Below, piece by piece: positions 26,753 through 40,834 of a stretch of DNA of 64,000 bases; position 1 is the stretch's first letter, and each line of letters opens with the position of its first letter. The stretch is from Phoronis australis (Eukaryota > Animalia > Phoronida). Location: positions 18,864-82,863 of the forward strand of contig NMRA01000973.1 in assembly GCA_002633005.1 (NCBI GenBank), read 5' to 3'. The position numbers and the translations under genes were made by a program. A model generated the notes under the pieces. The model was given only the letters and a program-made list of their open reading frames with translations, made no database searches and had not been told where the DNA came from.

Positions 26753-28562
26753 TAGTCAGGTTCACTATGTTCAAATTTTGATATTCGTTGAAATTTTGGG
26801 GGGGAAGTGGAAACTATACATTTTTGGAAACCTCATGGAATGACGAATCAGAGAATAATTGATTCCATTTTTGGTGGCCATCTTGGCGGCCATCTTGGAT
26901 TTTTAAATATAGCGCCGGTAAACTAGGTTTTGCCTAGTATAACCGCCCTTGAGTCATAACATCCCGATGAGCCGTATCCTTTCCCATGACCAAAAAAGGC
27001 TCAACTTACTGAATAACTGTCTGCAAAAACACTTGAATATAATAAAGACTTTGCCAAGATAGCCATTACTTCAGCTTTAGGATGCACAAAGAGCAACCGA
27101 CGTGATCTATGCTTAGAAGAAAATAGAAATATTGCTAATACATCATGCAGTTCTGGCATCACATCAAAAGGTTCCTGATTCTCAGCTGATGTTTTTTTAC
27201 CTGACATAGATTTACTGGTACTTGTCATTGCCTATTATGACAGGCTTCTCAGAAATATTTCAGTCTCCATGGCATCTGGGATTGTGGACGGGAATCCAAT
27301 ATCGACAATATTAGGTGCTGTCTGGGCAAAGGCTCTTCCTGCTTTCCATGCTTTTACGTGAACATGCTTTAGGTTGAATATATATTTGAAGGCAAACGCT
27401 GGTGATATCAATGCACCGCAGACTTCTTGTAATGTTCATGAAGTAACAGGTGAACCTCTTTTCACATTAGCCCCCTTTACATGTGCATACTCACCACAGG
27501 ATATAGACACAATAGCATCCCAGAGCTGAGATGGTACCTCTTCTGTAAACCTATGGCTGACAGCGACAAACAACCACTTACCATTGGTGCTTTGAAATAG
27601 CATGTGGTGAGGGTGTTTATTCAAGCCAGAGTGTGGGGCCAGGCAATCAGTGCTCGACAGGAGTTCTTTGGACCATTGCAGAATCAATTTACAAGGACAA
27701 AGATGACCAGCTGCGGAAACCATCACAATTGAGGAGCTTCCATCACCAGAGGCTTTCATTGATATGGTAAAATGCCCGTGCAAAGATGCTCTTGCCGATA
27801 AAAGGGCCTACCTTACAAACATCTATGTCAGTATTCAGTAGTGCAGAATGTCAGAATGGTGATGATGATGTGATTCCTGATGACAGTGATGGCTATCTAG
27901 TAATGATCTATAGACTTATTTCAAAGTTTTAAAATACTATTGACACTACAAAAAACATACTTTCATGTTTTTCAAACGTAAATAAATTGTTTCAGGTACT
28001 GATTCAGTTTAAGTGTCTTAAAGGAAACAAGCTCCGAACAATATATTCAAGAAAGTAAGATGGTGATCATATGTGTTGGATTACAGGAATAATGTATTTA
28101 GAAAATGTGGCTGCTAATAAATGGGGTTTTGATTATCTTTTTCGTTTAATAAGTTGAATTTTCAGATTTCTTGACCACAAAATGTGGGTTCAGCCATTAA
28201 AACTAACATTCTAAGTGACCCAAGAGCAAAGATACTGAAGAAAATGTATTTTACGGGCGCCATTTTTAAAATTCCAAGATTGCCGCCAAGATGGCCGCCA
28301 ATAAAATTAAATTTTCCAATTCCCTGACCTGACAAATACAGGTGTAGCCATAAAAACCAACATTCTAAGTGACCCAAAGATGTAGATTTTGGGCAAAATC
28401 TACTTTACCGGCGCCATTTTTGAAAGTCGAAGATTGCCGCCAAGATAGCCACCAAAATGGAATCAATTATTTTCTGATTTTTCATTCCATGAGGTTTCCA
28501 AAAATGTATAGTTTCCACTTTCCCCAAAAAATTCCAACAAAATTACACAACAAAACTGACTA
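26753..28562 (+). mobile_element. Academ (AcademX-type) internally deleted DNA transposon
   Basis: TAG...CTA termini, long TIRs, 4-bp TSD TGTA (26749-26752, 28563-28566); remnants PDIDLLVL, ALPAFHAFT, ELRWYLF, DMVKCPCK of the XPG-like and Cys-rich C-terminus. Confidence 0.85.
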
Positions 28563-29230
28563 TGTATCTGAAATGGTAGCACTGCCCTTATGTGGGAGGC
28601 ATCACCACGTATATCTCGTTAAACGTCTTAAAAGACGGTGGCCGAAGCAGTGGACTCCTGTATTTCAAAAATGATATACGTTAGGTTTGGATTGCACTGT
28701 ATGTAGAAAACGATATAGCAAACTTACATGCATGGAGCCAATGAAAGCACAAAGGTTCATCTCTGCATTTCTGCCTATTCTTGGGAACTAGAAATTCATT
28801 AGCTAATGCAACTGACCCTAATAGTAAAGTAATATGGCCCGAGTTGCCTTCCATAAAGATAAGACACTCGCAAATAAGGTTAGTGATACCACGTGCTCCG
28901 TTTACATGGCGATATCACGAGAAAACTTACGTGATATTGCGTTATTGCGACTGTCTTAAGGCTTCTTAACGCAGTTCTGTACTCTAATAATCGCGTGGAA
29001 CCAGAGGCAAGTCCCCGTGTTGGTGAACTAATTCCGTTCTCGATCTTTTCAGAAGTTAAAACGAGGGACTTTGCGTCGTTATCACCACCGGGACAATTAT
29101 TGAGTAGCCCATCGGAGTACCTCCCAAGTGTTTTGTAGTGTGAAGAGTGTGATATAAGAACACGTCTTTTCACCTTTGAACCAGGTCTTCATATGACACT
29201 AGCAACTACTTCTTGATAAATTTCTTCTAG

Positions 29231-29334
29231 GTGCCTAAATGTTCCTGATGATTTGCTGGTGTGGTTTCAAGGCTGCAAAATTAAGAAGTCTTCACTCTTA
29301 GGTTGTGTGACTGCCATTAAAAAGTGCCCCAAAA
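29231..29334 (+). CDS. Gene B exon 2, 4-Cys module CLNVPDDLLVWFQGCKIKKSSLLGCVTAIKKCPK(K)
   Basis: TTTCTTCTAG acceptor, GTAAGT donor, 104 nt, phase 2-1, same length and Cys spacing as gene C 59956-60059. Confidence 0.88.
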
Positions 29335-31535
29335 GTAAGTACATATTTCAACAATTTTCTGGATTTAGGGTGTTTATCATGAAATTTACAATTTTCTTGA
29401 TCGACTTTTATCCGTGTACACGTTTAATTGACAGTGTTTATTGGAGTTTTTTCAAAAGTAATCATACATGTACCTCAGTCAAAATAAATTTAAATTGTAC
29501 GATCAGAAATGAAACAGTACAGATACGTTCTTTTTTTTCATTAAACCAATTAATTTGGTTGAAGCTATGTAATTTTTGCGTGCAAAAATTCGTGCGACGG
29601 TATAACATCAGCATCAGTTATTCTCAAACAGTGACACAAAGTGGAGCTGGTTAGCCTGTTCTATGACCTTTATTCAAAGTTTGGTTTTCCACACGTAAAG
29701 ATGCAGCGTATATTTCTTTATTAAGCCAAACCTGGAAAGTGTTCCGTAGAGGCACACACAAATCTTTGCGTATGAAACGAAAAGGGTGAATTTTATCCCG
29801 TAATGCAACTATCCAGGCTCACCGAACATTCACTTCAGTGACCGCCATTTTGACAGAGTAAAATTTCGAGCGACCTCGTGAAACTTCTGCCTTTCACTAA
29901 GGGGATTTTGCTTCCTGTTGCAAGTGTATTGTGTCTAAGGAATATAGCCTTATTCAACAATAAATGATTAAATTCACTCCTGGGATGAAGGCCTTTGAAA
30001 GAAGGTTATCAGTGTGTGAGTTTCCTGTTTTAGTGACTGTTAGGGAGGAAAACGTTCAAGAACTGGGATAAATGTACTGTAAGTACTGTAAAAGTTGTTT
30101 TTGTTTTGTTTTTGAAGCGTGTCTACGGATTGAGAGAGTCAGTGTTTATCCAATAAAATGCAGTTCTCGCTCGCTAGATAATGCAGCGTTTTCACACTAA
30201 TGACTATGAGTAAAAATGAACGATTTCCCTTCCATATCCTAATCCAATTTTAAATTAGTCAAAGTCGAAGTATTTTCCACCGCATGAAAAGAGGAGTGAA
30301 TTTGGGATGCGGCTACTTTCGTCGAAGCTATTTTATTTTTGAGTATTAATTTTGTTGGTCTACGACGGAAACCGACATTNAGTAATCATACATGTACCTC
30401 AGTCAAAATAAATTTAAATTGTACGATCAGAAATGAAACAGTACAGATACGTTCTTTATTTTCATTAAACCAATTAATTTGGTTGAAGCTATGTAATTTT
30501 TGCGTGCAAAAATTCGTGCGACGATATAACATCAGCATCAGTTATTCTCAAACAGTGACACAAAGTGGAGCTGGTTAGCCTGTTCTATGACCTTTATTCA
30601 AAGTTTGGTTTTCCACACGTAAAGATGCAGCATACATTTTTTTATTAAGCCAAACCTGGAAAGCGTTCCGTAGAGGCACACACAAATCTTTGCGTATGAA
30701 ACGAAAAGGGTGAATTTTATCCCGTAATGCAACAATCCAGGCTCACCGAACATTCACTTCAGTGACCGCCATTTTGACAGAGTAAAATTTCGAGCGAACT
30801 CGTGAAACTTTTGCCTTTCACTTAGGGGATTTTGCTTCCTGTTGCAAGTGTATTGTGTCTAAGGAATATAGCCTTATTCAACAATCAATGATTAAATTCA
30901 CTCCTGGGATGAAGGCCTTTGAAAAAAGGTTATCATGCTGTGAGTTTCCTGTTTTAGTGACTGTTATGGAGGAAAACGTTCAAGAACTGGGATAAATGTA
31001 CTGTAACTACTGTAAAAGTTGTTTTTGTTTTGTTTTTGAAGCGTATCTACGGATTGAGAGAGTCAGTGTTTATCCATTAAAATTCAGTTCTCGCTCGCCA
31101 GATAATGCAGCGTTTTCACACTAATGACTATGAGTAAAAATGAAGGAATTCTCTTCCATATCGTAATCCAATTTTAAATTAGTCAAAGTCGAAGTATTTT
31201 CCACCGCATGAAAAGAGGATTGAATTCGGGATGCGGCTACTTTCGTCGAAGCTATTTTATTTTTGAGTATTAATTTTGTTGGTCTACGACGGAAACCGAC
31301 ATTTGACTATGATATCTGGCATAAGAGCCTTGAACAGAAATAGGACAATTAACAATTATTGTCCGTGTTAATTTTTATATTATGCTAAATATTTGCCGTA
31401 TATGTCGAAGTCAATTCATCGTTTCTTCTCTTCAACAGAANACAATTAACAATTATTGTCGGTGTTAATTTTTATATTATGCTAAATATTTGCCGTATAT
31501 GTCGAAGTCAATTCATCGCTTCTTCTCTTCAACAG

Positions 31536-31715
31536 AATGTAAAAATAGCAGTGGTCATGTTCACGAGCGGAACGACGAGTGGGTGGAGACCGTGGGCGGG
31601 GTTACGTTTGACTGTGTGTGTACACCCCCAACGACTTCGATGATTCCTTCTCTGAAGCAATTGCCACCAAAGTTGTACAAGAAAATCCCACCGCGGGGAA
31701 TCTGCAAACGACAAG
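31536..31715 (+). CDS. Gene B exon 3: CKNSSGHVHERNDEWVETVGGVTFDCVCTPPTTSMIPSLKQLPPKLYKKIPPRGICKRQ
   Basis: TCTTCAACAG acceptor, GT at 31716, 180 nt, phase 1-1. Confidence 0.9.
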
Positions 31716-31758
31716 GTATAAACTTTTTAGTCGCTTAGTATCATGGTGTGGGAACCTG

Positions 31759-32182
31759 TGGCCGGTTGCATGAAACAGTCTCAAATAGGGACTCAACTAA
31801 GGTCCCAAAGTCTTTTCCCGTATTTGTGTCTTTATGGACTCACAGGTGCAATATTTTCTATCATTTCATTTTAGTATGAACTCCTCTTTGCTTAATGACT
31901 CTTTCTAATAATATAAATAAAAACTGAACCCACACTTCATTGAAAATAAATAGGGACTTAGTCCTTAAATTGGGGGTGTTGCATGAAAAGAACCCTAAAC
32001 AATTTCGACTATATTGACAATTTAACGTAGAGTTCACTTTCGATTTGTGTCAAAGTCAAAACATAACTTAATAATGAAACTAAATAAATACAAGGAAGGG
32101 CAATGGTCAAGTCCAAAAATACGCATTAGATTTAGGGAACTTAGATGAGTCCCTAACTGGTACTGTTTCATGCAAGCGGGCA
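31759..32182. mobile_element. Harbinger-type MITE inserted in the left TIR of the 31745-36060 element
   Basis: Imperfect TIR TGGCCGGTTGCATGAAACAG / CTGTTTCATGCAAGCGGGCA; CWG flanks. Confidence 0.7.
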
Positions 32183-32689
32183 CAGTACTACGTGTTTGGA
32201 CTGGTCATGAGGAGTACCGCGACGTCATGAGCAAAATCGGCAAAAATTCCCCAACCAGGCGCATGGTACTTTAGGGGGTCATTTACCTCGTAACAGATGA
32301 CTTTTTGCAATGAAACTGCTGACATGCACTCAGTGGAAGAGTAGTCGTTGAATGTGACCTTAATTGCATTAACAGAGTTCCTATACTGATTATGTCTTCA
32401 TATTTCTTCTTGTTTGGCTAAATTTTTGTGTGTAGTTTAAATTATGTAGTATTTGATGATACATACTCTCAAAATATCCATGCGGAATCGCCATACTCGA
32501 GTTTCGCATGACTTTCCGAACTCGTCGTGAGCCATTGCACATTCTTTCAACTCCAAGCCCAAATGGATTACAGTTGTAACAAGTCTGGCCCTTCCCCCGA
32601 GGTAAAGGTGCAGCCCTGGCCTACCCGATAGGATAAGATAGAATGTAGATGGACAAAAACAACAAAATTGTTGCAGCTACTAGTACTAC

Positions 32690-33490
32690 TAATGTCTCAT
32701 TAAATAGTGAATATGCCAATGAAGTAATAGTTTACAAACAACCTCGCGTCTTCCGGTGTGCTGTAAACCATCCGAAGGTTCACTACTCCGAAGGTTCAAT
32801 ATTCTGAAGGCTCACTACTCCGAAGAGTCACTACTCCGAAGATCACAACCTTCGAAAGTTTATTACTTCGAATGTACACAAGTCCGAAACCGGGACTCCG
32901 ACAGTTCTTTACTAATGAATCGAAACTGGCATGAATAAAGCATTGAATAGTTTCTAAAGCATTGATTACATTGTTTACCATCGAACTTATTTCAACTCCC
33001 TGCCAACAGTATTTTTTAGTTTAACCAAAGATTCATTGTCGTTTAGGGACAACATCTGGGGCACGGGTCCGGTGACCAACTGCAGTTTTAAGTTTAGGAA
33101 GTGGTTGGGACTTTCGTGAAGACTGGCAGGGACAGGGTAGTCAACTAAGTACATTTAGCTTCGACCCGGCCGTGCGAGTAGTCGCGCTGTGAGATGATGC
33201 GATCTTGACATGGATTTGAAGAAAGTATCGTGGTTGATAATTCATCAACCTACTTCATGTTCTTTCAGAAATTCAAGTACGTACTCACTTCTACGAACTC
33301 GGAAGACATGCGGGCAATTTCGAACACGCATAAAAGTGATTTATTACCCGGGGGTTATTTTCGGTATACTTGCATCTAACAACCGAAGTGTCGTTTGTTT
33401 TTGCATGTAGCAGTACCTCTATAACAATTAGACATAAATCCGGAGTAGTAAATATTCGAAGTAGTGAACCTTCGGAATATGAACCGACTG
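32690..33490. repeat. Dispersed repeat family with ~16-bp TCCGAAGGTTCACTAC arrays; related copies at about 54785-55300, 11730-11860 and 37518-37590
   Basis: Array 32770-32870, inverted units near 33455-33485, shared core TCTTGACATGGATTTGAA...GTGGTTGATAA. Confidence 0.7.
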
Positions 33491-34077
33491 TGAGTCCCGT
33501 TCTTTGAGAACAACCGTCACTGCATCCTCATTTCTGGTGTTACGAATTCGTTGCCGTTCATACATATTTCCCTTCCCCATGATTTAGCTGAGTGCCTTAC
33601 CGAAAACTTCAGTGTCGACGTTAGCAAAATATCAATCTTTCTAGAAATTCGAACCATGCTGGCTACGAGCCTGAAAATGGCCCACTTCTACTTTCTCATT
33701 TTCCTGTATAATTTTGTGTTGTCCGTCTTTCAAATTTGGTTTATATTCGTAGCCGAACAAATCAATGTCTCCACCAGTATCAGTTTTCCTGACATTTATC
33801 TTCTAGCTGTCAAAGTTCAACTGACACGCCCTGGCTTTGGGGGCGATATCAAGAAGTTCATGAATAATTCTAGAAATTATAGACTAATCCATTTGTGACG
33901 TAGGCTGTTGTTTAACGTTTGGCACAGCAAAGTTTGTTTTCGATTCTAGTGGTCTCCGCCAGATATCATTCCGATATGCTTGAACGCTCGTGTGAAAAAT
34001 GTATTTATACCACAATATTAGCGTAAAATGGCAGTGTAATAACCCATAAAGTTATCTCACTAGTGAGATAATGATTT

Positions 34078-34153
34078 GGCGGGAAACGGAGGACGGGATC
34101 GAACCAGGGACCCTAATATTGCTGGTCGCCGACTTTACCACTACACCACGCAG
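34078..34153 (-). mobile_element. tRNA-derived SINE head or tRNA pseudogene
   Basis: Minus strand A box TGGTGTAGTGG and B box GGTTCGATCCC at tRNA-like spacing; acceptor and anticodon stems do not pair well. Confidence 0.55.
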
Positions 34154-34692
34154 CGACTGACGTCATCAAGAGTGAAAATAGAATACTTAAATGAGCACGC
34201 GCAATAATCGCACGTTCAACAAACCGCATTGTACTGTACTTATACGCTACGAAAAATAAGACACATAATTTCCATAAAAATGATATCTTAATTCGGTGAA
34301 ATTTTTCTCTCATGTGCTCTTACTTGTAAATCACCGATCTCTAGTTTGAATGCGGGTATCGTGTCGTCAGGATCTTTTACTTGAGAATCATATTCAGTTT
34401 CCAGTGGTAACCTACTTTAGCAGACGATAATTTCCCGGTCGAAGCTTAGCGTGAAAAAAACGTGTTTTAAGCTATAATAGTTGGTAAACCTTACTTTATG
34501 AATTCAATTTATTTCTATAATTTTTAAGTTTTCAATTGGTGTTGAGTAAAAGCATAATTTGACAAAAATAGCCGGGCTTTTCTTAAAAGGTCACGACCTC
34601 AGACCCCGGGCCTCTGACATAGAAAGTAGTTACAAAGCCGTGGAGAGTCAGAAAAGGTAAATCGATTCATTGCAAGGTTTCTCGTTTAGTAC

Positions 34693-34930
34693 TATAAGGA
34701 CATTTTAAAGTTTTTGGGATCGGATAATTATAGATTATTACATGTTCTCAGCCGTTATCCCCCTTATCTAGAGACCTCGTGGATTTTGGAAATCTATCAC
34801 CCTCGGGGCTAACGCCCCTCGGACGATAATTCTCCAAAATCCACTCGGGCTCTAGATAACGGGGGATAACGACTTCGCCATGTAATAATCTATATTTATC
34901 CGATCCCAAAAACTTTAAAATGTCCTTATA
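34693..34930. mobile_element. 238-bp palindromic (fold-back) non-autonomous element, Crypton-like
   Basis: Arms TATAAGGACATTTTAAAGTTTTTGGGATCGGATAA... pair along the whole length around a central GGGGCTAACGCCCC hairpin; family assignment from memory. Confidence 0.75.
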
Positions 34931-36859
34931 CATGTAGTACATCATTGTTGCGGTGTTTTGGGTGGTAATAATTCTGCCCCATCAAAAAACAGTAAGAAAG
35001 CTTTATTGTCTAAGGGTAACGTGCCATCTGCTATCTTCTTATTAAAGTTGACTCAGGTGTCTGACTTACGTATTGTTTTCAAAGCATCGATCACGCATGG
35101 TGTGACATCACATATTTCTTATACTGCACAATCTTCTCCTGCTAAAACTGTCTCTATATCCATTTTGCACTCTTTTCGCTCGGTGTATTCTTCATCTTTG
35201 CCTTCTCTCTACTTTTGACTTCTTTATAAATGCACTCTTGTGGTCAAACTCTTTTCCTCTTATATATATATTTTTTTTGCTTGAACTGGTTTCGCAGCCC
35301 TCCTCCAAAACAATTTTGGGAATGCATCCATATTTTCTACTCTGAAACATTCCAAACCGCAGTGTTCATGCAATGCTAGATACCTAATCCTTAGGACTTG
35401 ATCGCCGTGATCTGCGATACCGTGGCAAATTATTTAAGCAACGTGATCTGTTTAAACACAGAAGTAACAGCACTTGAAGTTGATTGATTGGAAAATTTTG
35501 TAAAATATTTTTACATCGATTTCACTCTGTCCAAAATGGTTACATAAAATGGCCTAACACTTCTTATCTCACTTTAATACACCATTAGCAATACATCCAT
35601 ACATGTACATCCTATCTTTCTCAAGTCACCTATCCGACCATACTTCGTACAGTTGGCTCAGGCGAGTCCGTACAGTCGTTTGTCTGGCGTTTGTTTATCA
35701 AGCAAACATTTAGCTGAAACTTTTGCACCACATGCACATCTTCATAAAATATTACTTACAGTATGAAATGCATTAAATCAACGACATAATGCATCCTTTT
35801 ACAACAAACATTCACCGGTAACCCTGATTTTTTCACAGCATCGCGGCTACCGAGTCGCTGGTCACTAACGTGAGAAGCTCTCACCGCTTGTCACGACTAT
35901 TAAGCTATTGGGCAGACTAGTTACTAATTACATATAGGGTCGATTTTTACATTTTAAAGACAATTTTGTTCTATTGGTGTTGTATTCCTACATCAAGTTG
36001 CTCATGACGACGCCGAACTCCTCATGACCAGTCCAACCACGTAGTACAGGTCCCCACACCTCGGGAATACAACATTTGAATTAATAGATTATTTCCCATT
36101 GCATTACCTAACCTGGACGTTGGAGTGCGTTGCGATAATTAGTCCATGATTAAACATAAAAGAAAAACTTCGGAGTATGTATCAGAAACGGCGTCAAAGA
36201 ACATAATCATCATCTTTAATTAACCTTCAAATATGGCACGTACCAAACAGATAAGAAAGTTCCAATAAGAACAAATTGGAAGAATGATTGGTATTAACGA
36301 ATTTGAGTAAGAATAAGACGCTCGTTGTCAGGTTTTATGCTTAGCCGATTACCACTTAAAGAGACATGGAACGCGAAAGCTCGTCGGAACATCCTTTAAA
36401 CAATTCCTGACGAAAGTTCCATCTTGCAACGTCAAGTACAGTAATTCACTGCCCCCTGTGAGAAATTTCCTGAAAAATCACAACATTCACGATTTTTGAA
36501 ATACGCGCGAATGAAAAACTCTGAGGTAAGAGTTCCTGATCTCCTTCCCACTTATATTAAATGTGCGCATGCGATTGCAGTCATTTGCTTGATTTCGCAA
36601 AGGTCACATTTTCCATATAAGGGAAATGTGGGAGGTCGATGTCCTTGCATAACAAATAAGGAGGCGTGCTTTTTCTTGTGGCGACCAGTTGACAGATTGT
36701 TTTTGTTTTTGAAATTGGCGCTTTTGGGAGAGGGTTTACGAAGAGAAGAATAAAAAGATCGCTAGCAGATGGTTACGGGCCTGGAATATCGGGCTGAGTG
36801 AACATTGAGCCACAGTAACATCAGAATAGAATATTGTGGTTCTGGGGAACGTTGGGGTT

Positions 36860-38135
36860 GTTCCAAAAAACCCTCGACCCCCACAGCCCACGAACACTTC
36901 GACCCACGACCCCCTCAACCAACAATCCCCTCGACCTACGATCTGTTGCAATAGATGTATGTTTGCGATTTTTACACATTTTATAATCAAATAATGTCGC
37001 TTAATGACTTTCTCATAAGACTTACCTACATATACACGCGAATCTGCTCTGGCTCAAGACTGGTGGTTAAAAACAGAAACTGGCGTAAGAACATGATCTG
37101 AAATAGCGAATTGTGAGCGTTCTATCGTTGCCATGGAAATAGTTCCACGAGCGGCTACCAGTGGCCCTGTTCAACTGAAGCTAGGGAAAGAGTACGTTAA
37201 CGTGGATGCGCATAATTCCAGATGCTTATTATTTGTTTTCTGTTGTATATTCGTTTACAATATACTACATGTAACGTTGAGATACTTTTTAGTTAACAGT
37301 TTGTTTTTTCAAAGTGTATGTACTGAAAAAAATACATATTTGTCGGTTCCTTGCATGCTTCCGAAAAGCTTGAATCTGCCATTCACTGAAGAGCAGACGA
37401 GACGTTTGCATTGCCTGGAAAGACATTTGTAACATTGGTAGGTCTTTAATTTGATTTGGTCGCGTTTTTTCGGTTTTTGTTTTTCAAACTTGCCGAGTCG
37501 AGTATCTTTAACATGCTATGTCTCATTAAATCGTTAATATGCAAATGAAGTATTATTTTACAAACAACCCTGGGTCTTCTGGTGTTCTGGAAGGCCTGGG
37601 GGTGTGTTTCCGGAAACCACCTAAGAACCAGTTACCATTGCAATCTCGCAAAAGTTTTGTTTTGCAAGACTATTTTTATGTAAACGAGTATGGTAATATG
37701 TCATCTTTACTCTAATAGAAAAAGACACAGTTTTTATTATTTGTTCATTTCATTGTCAAGTGGTGGTATTTGGAATTACTAGAGTTTTCTTTATGTTTAC
37801 GTTTGTTTTTAAGTGTATCAGCTCTGGTGTTTTCTTTAAAACCGCATTTTATTTTCGAATTATTTTCCTGATTATACTGTACACACAGTTTTCTAGGAAG
37901 TCTCAACCGTGACGCTTGCTACAAATTAAAATATTCAAGCTTTTAATGAGACATGGCATCTTTAATTGCAAAAATACAGGGATTAGCCAGCCGAGCTCAC
38001 AGTCGGACTCGTTAGTCCTGCAAGTCAGCACTTCTTCTATGTTAAGATCTAGTCGAGCTTGTTTAGACTGGGTCGAATGGATTGTGGGCCGTGGGTCGAA
38101 GGGGTTGTGGGGTATGGGATCCAGGGGGGTTTAGA
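36860..38135. mobile_element. Possible decayed TIR element with TCGACCC-rich inverted ends
   Basis: C-rich CCCTCGACCCCCACAGCCCACG...TTCGACCCACG at left mirrors G-rich CGTGGGTCGAAGGGGTTGTGGGG at right. Confidence 0.4.
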
Positions 38136-39982
38136 GCAAATCGGATCCTTGTGTCCGAGGAATAACGCAGAGGGTTCAAGTTGATAGTCAAGGGGCGAGC
38201 CGGAATAGTCTCTTAGGACTGTCGCTATCATCTCTTTTGATGTGCGGCTTTGGATTGGTGCATACGCGAATAAATTCCAACACTTGAATCACTGGAGTGC
38301 ATGTTACATTGGAAGTAACATGTGTGAGTGACAGGTGACTACATATGCGCGTGCTCACCCCTTGGAAGAAGAACTTGTTAATGTGCCTCGTTGTTTTCAT
38401 TCGTGTCCCCTTGGGGGTAGAATACACGGAGGTATCCGATTCAGCAGAACACCTTCATCACTCGTTGATGTAACCTCAGCAGTCATTTGTAAGATTTACT
38501 ACAAAGAAAGAAAATGGAGGACTGTGAGCAATTTGAGCCTTGTCAACACCTTTGTGAACCAAATTTTCTTCTTACTACAAATATTTCTGCAGGCAGCAGC
38601 ATAAACAAAAGTCAGCGACAGTACAAAAATGCACGCAGGAGAGGCCCAACCATGGCTTTCCAATTCACATTTCTTAAACACAGCCAACTTAAGCACCGAT
38701 TTGTCTGTACAACAGACCACAAACTATATCCACACGGATTTACACTTCCTCCATCAGTCATGTCAGTTTCTTTACGTACAGCGTTACCTGTTGACAATTC
38801 GACCAGCCAAAAGGAGCGCCGGTGTACGAAAATTTCCCGTGGAAAATGAAATGATACCTGCGTGTCCTCTACCCCCTAGCGGACACTCAAAAACCAGCGA
38901 GGATAATTTGTTTACTTTCTTGCCATAAAAAGCACGAGACGGACATTGAAACAGGTCGTTACTTAATTGACGGCATTTCCAAATCACAGGCATGGGGTAC
39001 CTACCCGCGACGGAGTGCGATATTGTCGGGGATACTGTTATAGGCCAATCAGGACATCTTGCATGAAAAATATATATTTTTCATATTTTTCATCACAGGG
39101 TTGAACGAGTGTGTGACAATTTATAACATACTTATGCCGTGATCCCAATTTTTTCGCGGCGTCCAAAAATTTGCAAACGTAGCCGAAAACGCTAGCCAAT
39201 GAAAGGCGTCAAAGATCGGTTCTGATTATTGGCCCATGTTCCCGCGCCATCTGTTCTCTGTTAGTGTCGAACGCGATAAGGCAACAACCAAATAACCGCC
39301 AGATTCGCACGAGGAGTTTTCCAGGTATCAACTAGGCTCCAAAAACTGGGCTGGCGTACGTGATAAATTCCAAGCCACATGTTGCGACTTGATACGAGAT
39401 GACCAAAGTCTTGGCTCGAGATACCAAATTTAAGGTCACAAATGTGACCTGCATATCGTTATGTCGAGAGTTCCGTTCTGATTGATTTCAAACGACACGT
39501 TGAACTTTCGCGTACTCGTAAGTGCGCATTGCTGGATAGAGCTGGTCACTAATTAAGTCGTGTAGCAAACCAATTTTGTCTACAAGTTATTTCTTACCGA
39601 CTGTACGGGTTCACTAGACTTATCCCCAGTCAGAGTAATTGATTAAAAAATACTAAGCAAATACTTTTTGTTGAGTAATGCGTTTGCAGTAGCTTTTGGT
39701 TGGCGACTGGCTCATGTCCGCTTGTCTCCGATTCGTGTAATTCATTGCCTGATGTGTTTCACGCAACGACAAGTGAGCAGCACCAGGCGCATTTGACAGC
39801 CGCACTAAACCTTACGTTGGCAATTCATTGAGTCATGGAATCTCGAAGAAAAACAATCCCAAATACAAAAACACACCTAGATTAGTTTTCCAACCATTCA
39901 TTTCGTCAAACAACAAATTAGTCAGTGCTCTGTGACTCAAAACTTGACAACTAATTAATACGCGCACAATTCTACTCATGTC

Positions 39983-40137
39983 CATGGGTGGCGCACCATA
40001 GGGGTATGGGAGGACCTATAGCTCCCCACTTATTTCAGTGGACATGGACGACGCACCGCAAAGGGGCTGTGAGGCTATGGCCATATCCCCCAACCCTCCC
40101 TCCCCACCCTGCTTATTTCAGTGCTGCGCCGCTAATG
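39983..40137. mobile_element. MITE with CATG termini and 5-bp TSD ATGTC, copy 2
   Basis: Same family as 19499-19640; ATGTC at 39978-39982 and 40138-40142. Confidence 0.8.
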
Positions 40138-40834
40138 ATGTCGCGGGACTGTAAATATATAATTTAACCTATGATGTAACCTCTGCAAAACGTGAAGTTT
40201 GCACGAGCACACTTCTGCGCTGTTGCCGCGTGAGAATAGTTGCAATCCAAGCGGAGCGCTGCCTGGTGACTGGTCGTCTGTGCACTGCAGTTGCCGGAAA
40301 TAGCTCTGAGAAGACCGCACGGTATTATTACTTTGCAATTTTGTGAATTCATTCATGAAGGCCTAATCTTAGGGCAACAGAAACTTTGCTTGGAAAATCC
40401 GCTGTTGTGACATTTTTACCGTCATTTGGCGACACACTGGAAAATCCTATCGCCATTTTCACATTTTCTGTTGCCAAAAATGACGACCAGTCGAGAAAAA
40501 CAACTTTTTGAGCTCCATAATAGCGTAGTATAGCAAATCACAGATTCCGATTTCTCGCATAGAATTGGCGCTTATTAACTTGTGTTCTTTTATGAGAATA
40601 GAATTTTCATTTTACCTATCCAAAAGGCGTGAATGAAATATTTTTCCTACACAAATATTCGTACGAACTATTATTCCCTCGGACTCCTACTGTCCTAAGT
40701 ATTAGAGATATAACGCCATGTTTCAAGAACCATGTACGAACCAATGGAGTGTACGAACTAATCGAGAAAATACCCTGAAAGAATTTAATGTTTTGATATT
40801 AACTGAAATTACGAATAAAACCTAAAAACACCTG

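Larger units (their letters stand above)
31745..36060. mobile_element. Unclassified 4.3-kb TIR element in gene B intron 3, containing nested repeats
   Basis: TIR GGTGTGGG(A/G)ACCTG-TACTACGTG(T/G)TTGGACTGGTCATGAGGAG; left copy split by a MITE; flanks rejoin to the intron sequence seen in genes A and C. Confidence 0.75.

Noticed and set aside
29053-29184. Possible extra exon after CTTTTCAG upstream of exon 2 (homolog 59787-59910)
   Set aside because: Stops in all three frames in both copies; exon 1 already joins exon 2 in phase
29457-31302. ~920-bp tandem duplication around N at 30380, and ~95-bp duplication at N 31441 that repeats the exon-3 acceptor
   Set aside because: Same single-N join pattern; probably artefactual, so not treated as an alternative acceptor
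34078-34153. Functional tRNA gene
   Set aside because: A and B boxes present but cloverleaf stems do not pair; kept only as SINE head or pseudogene
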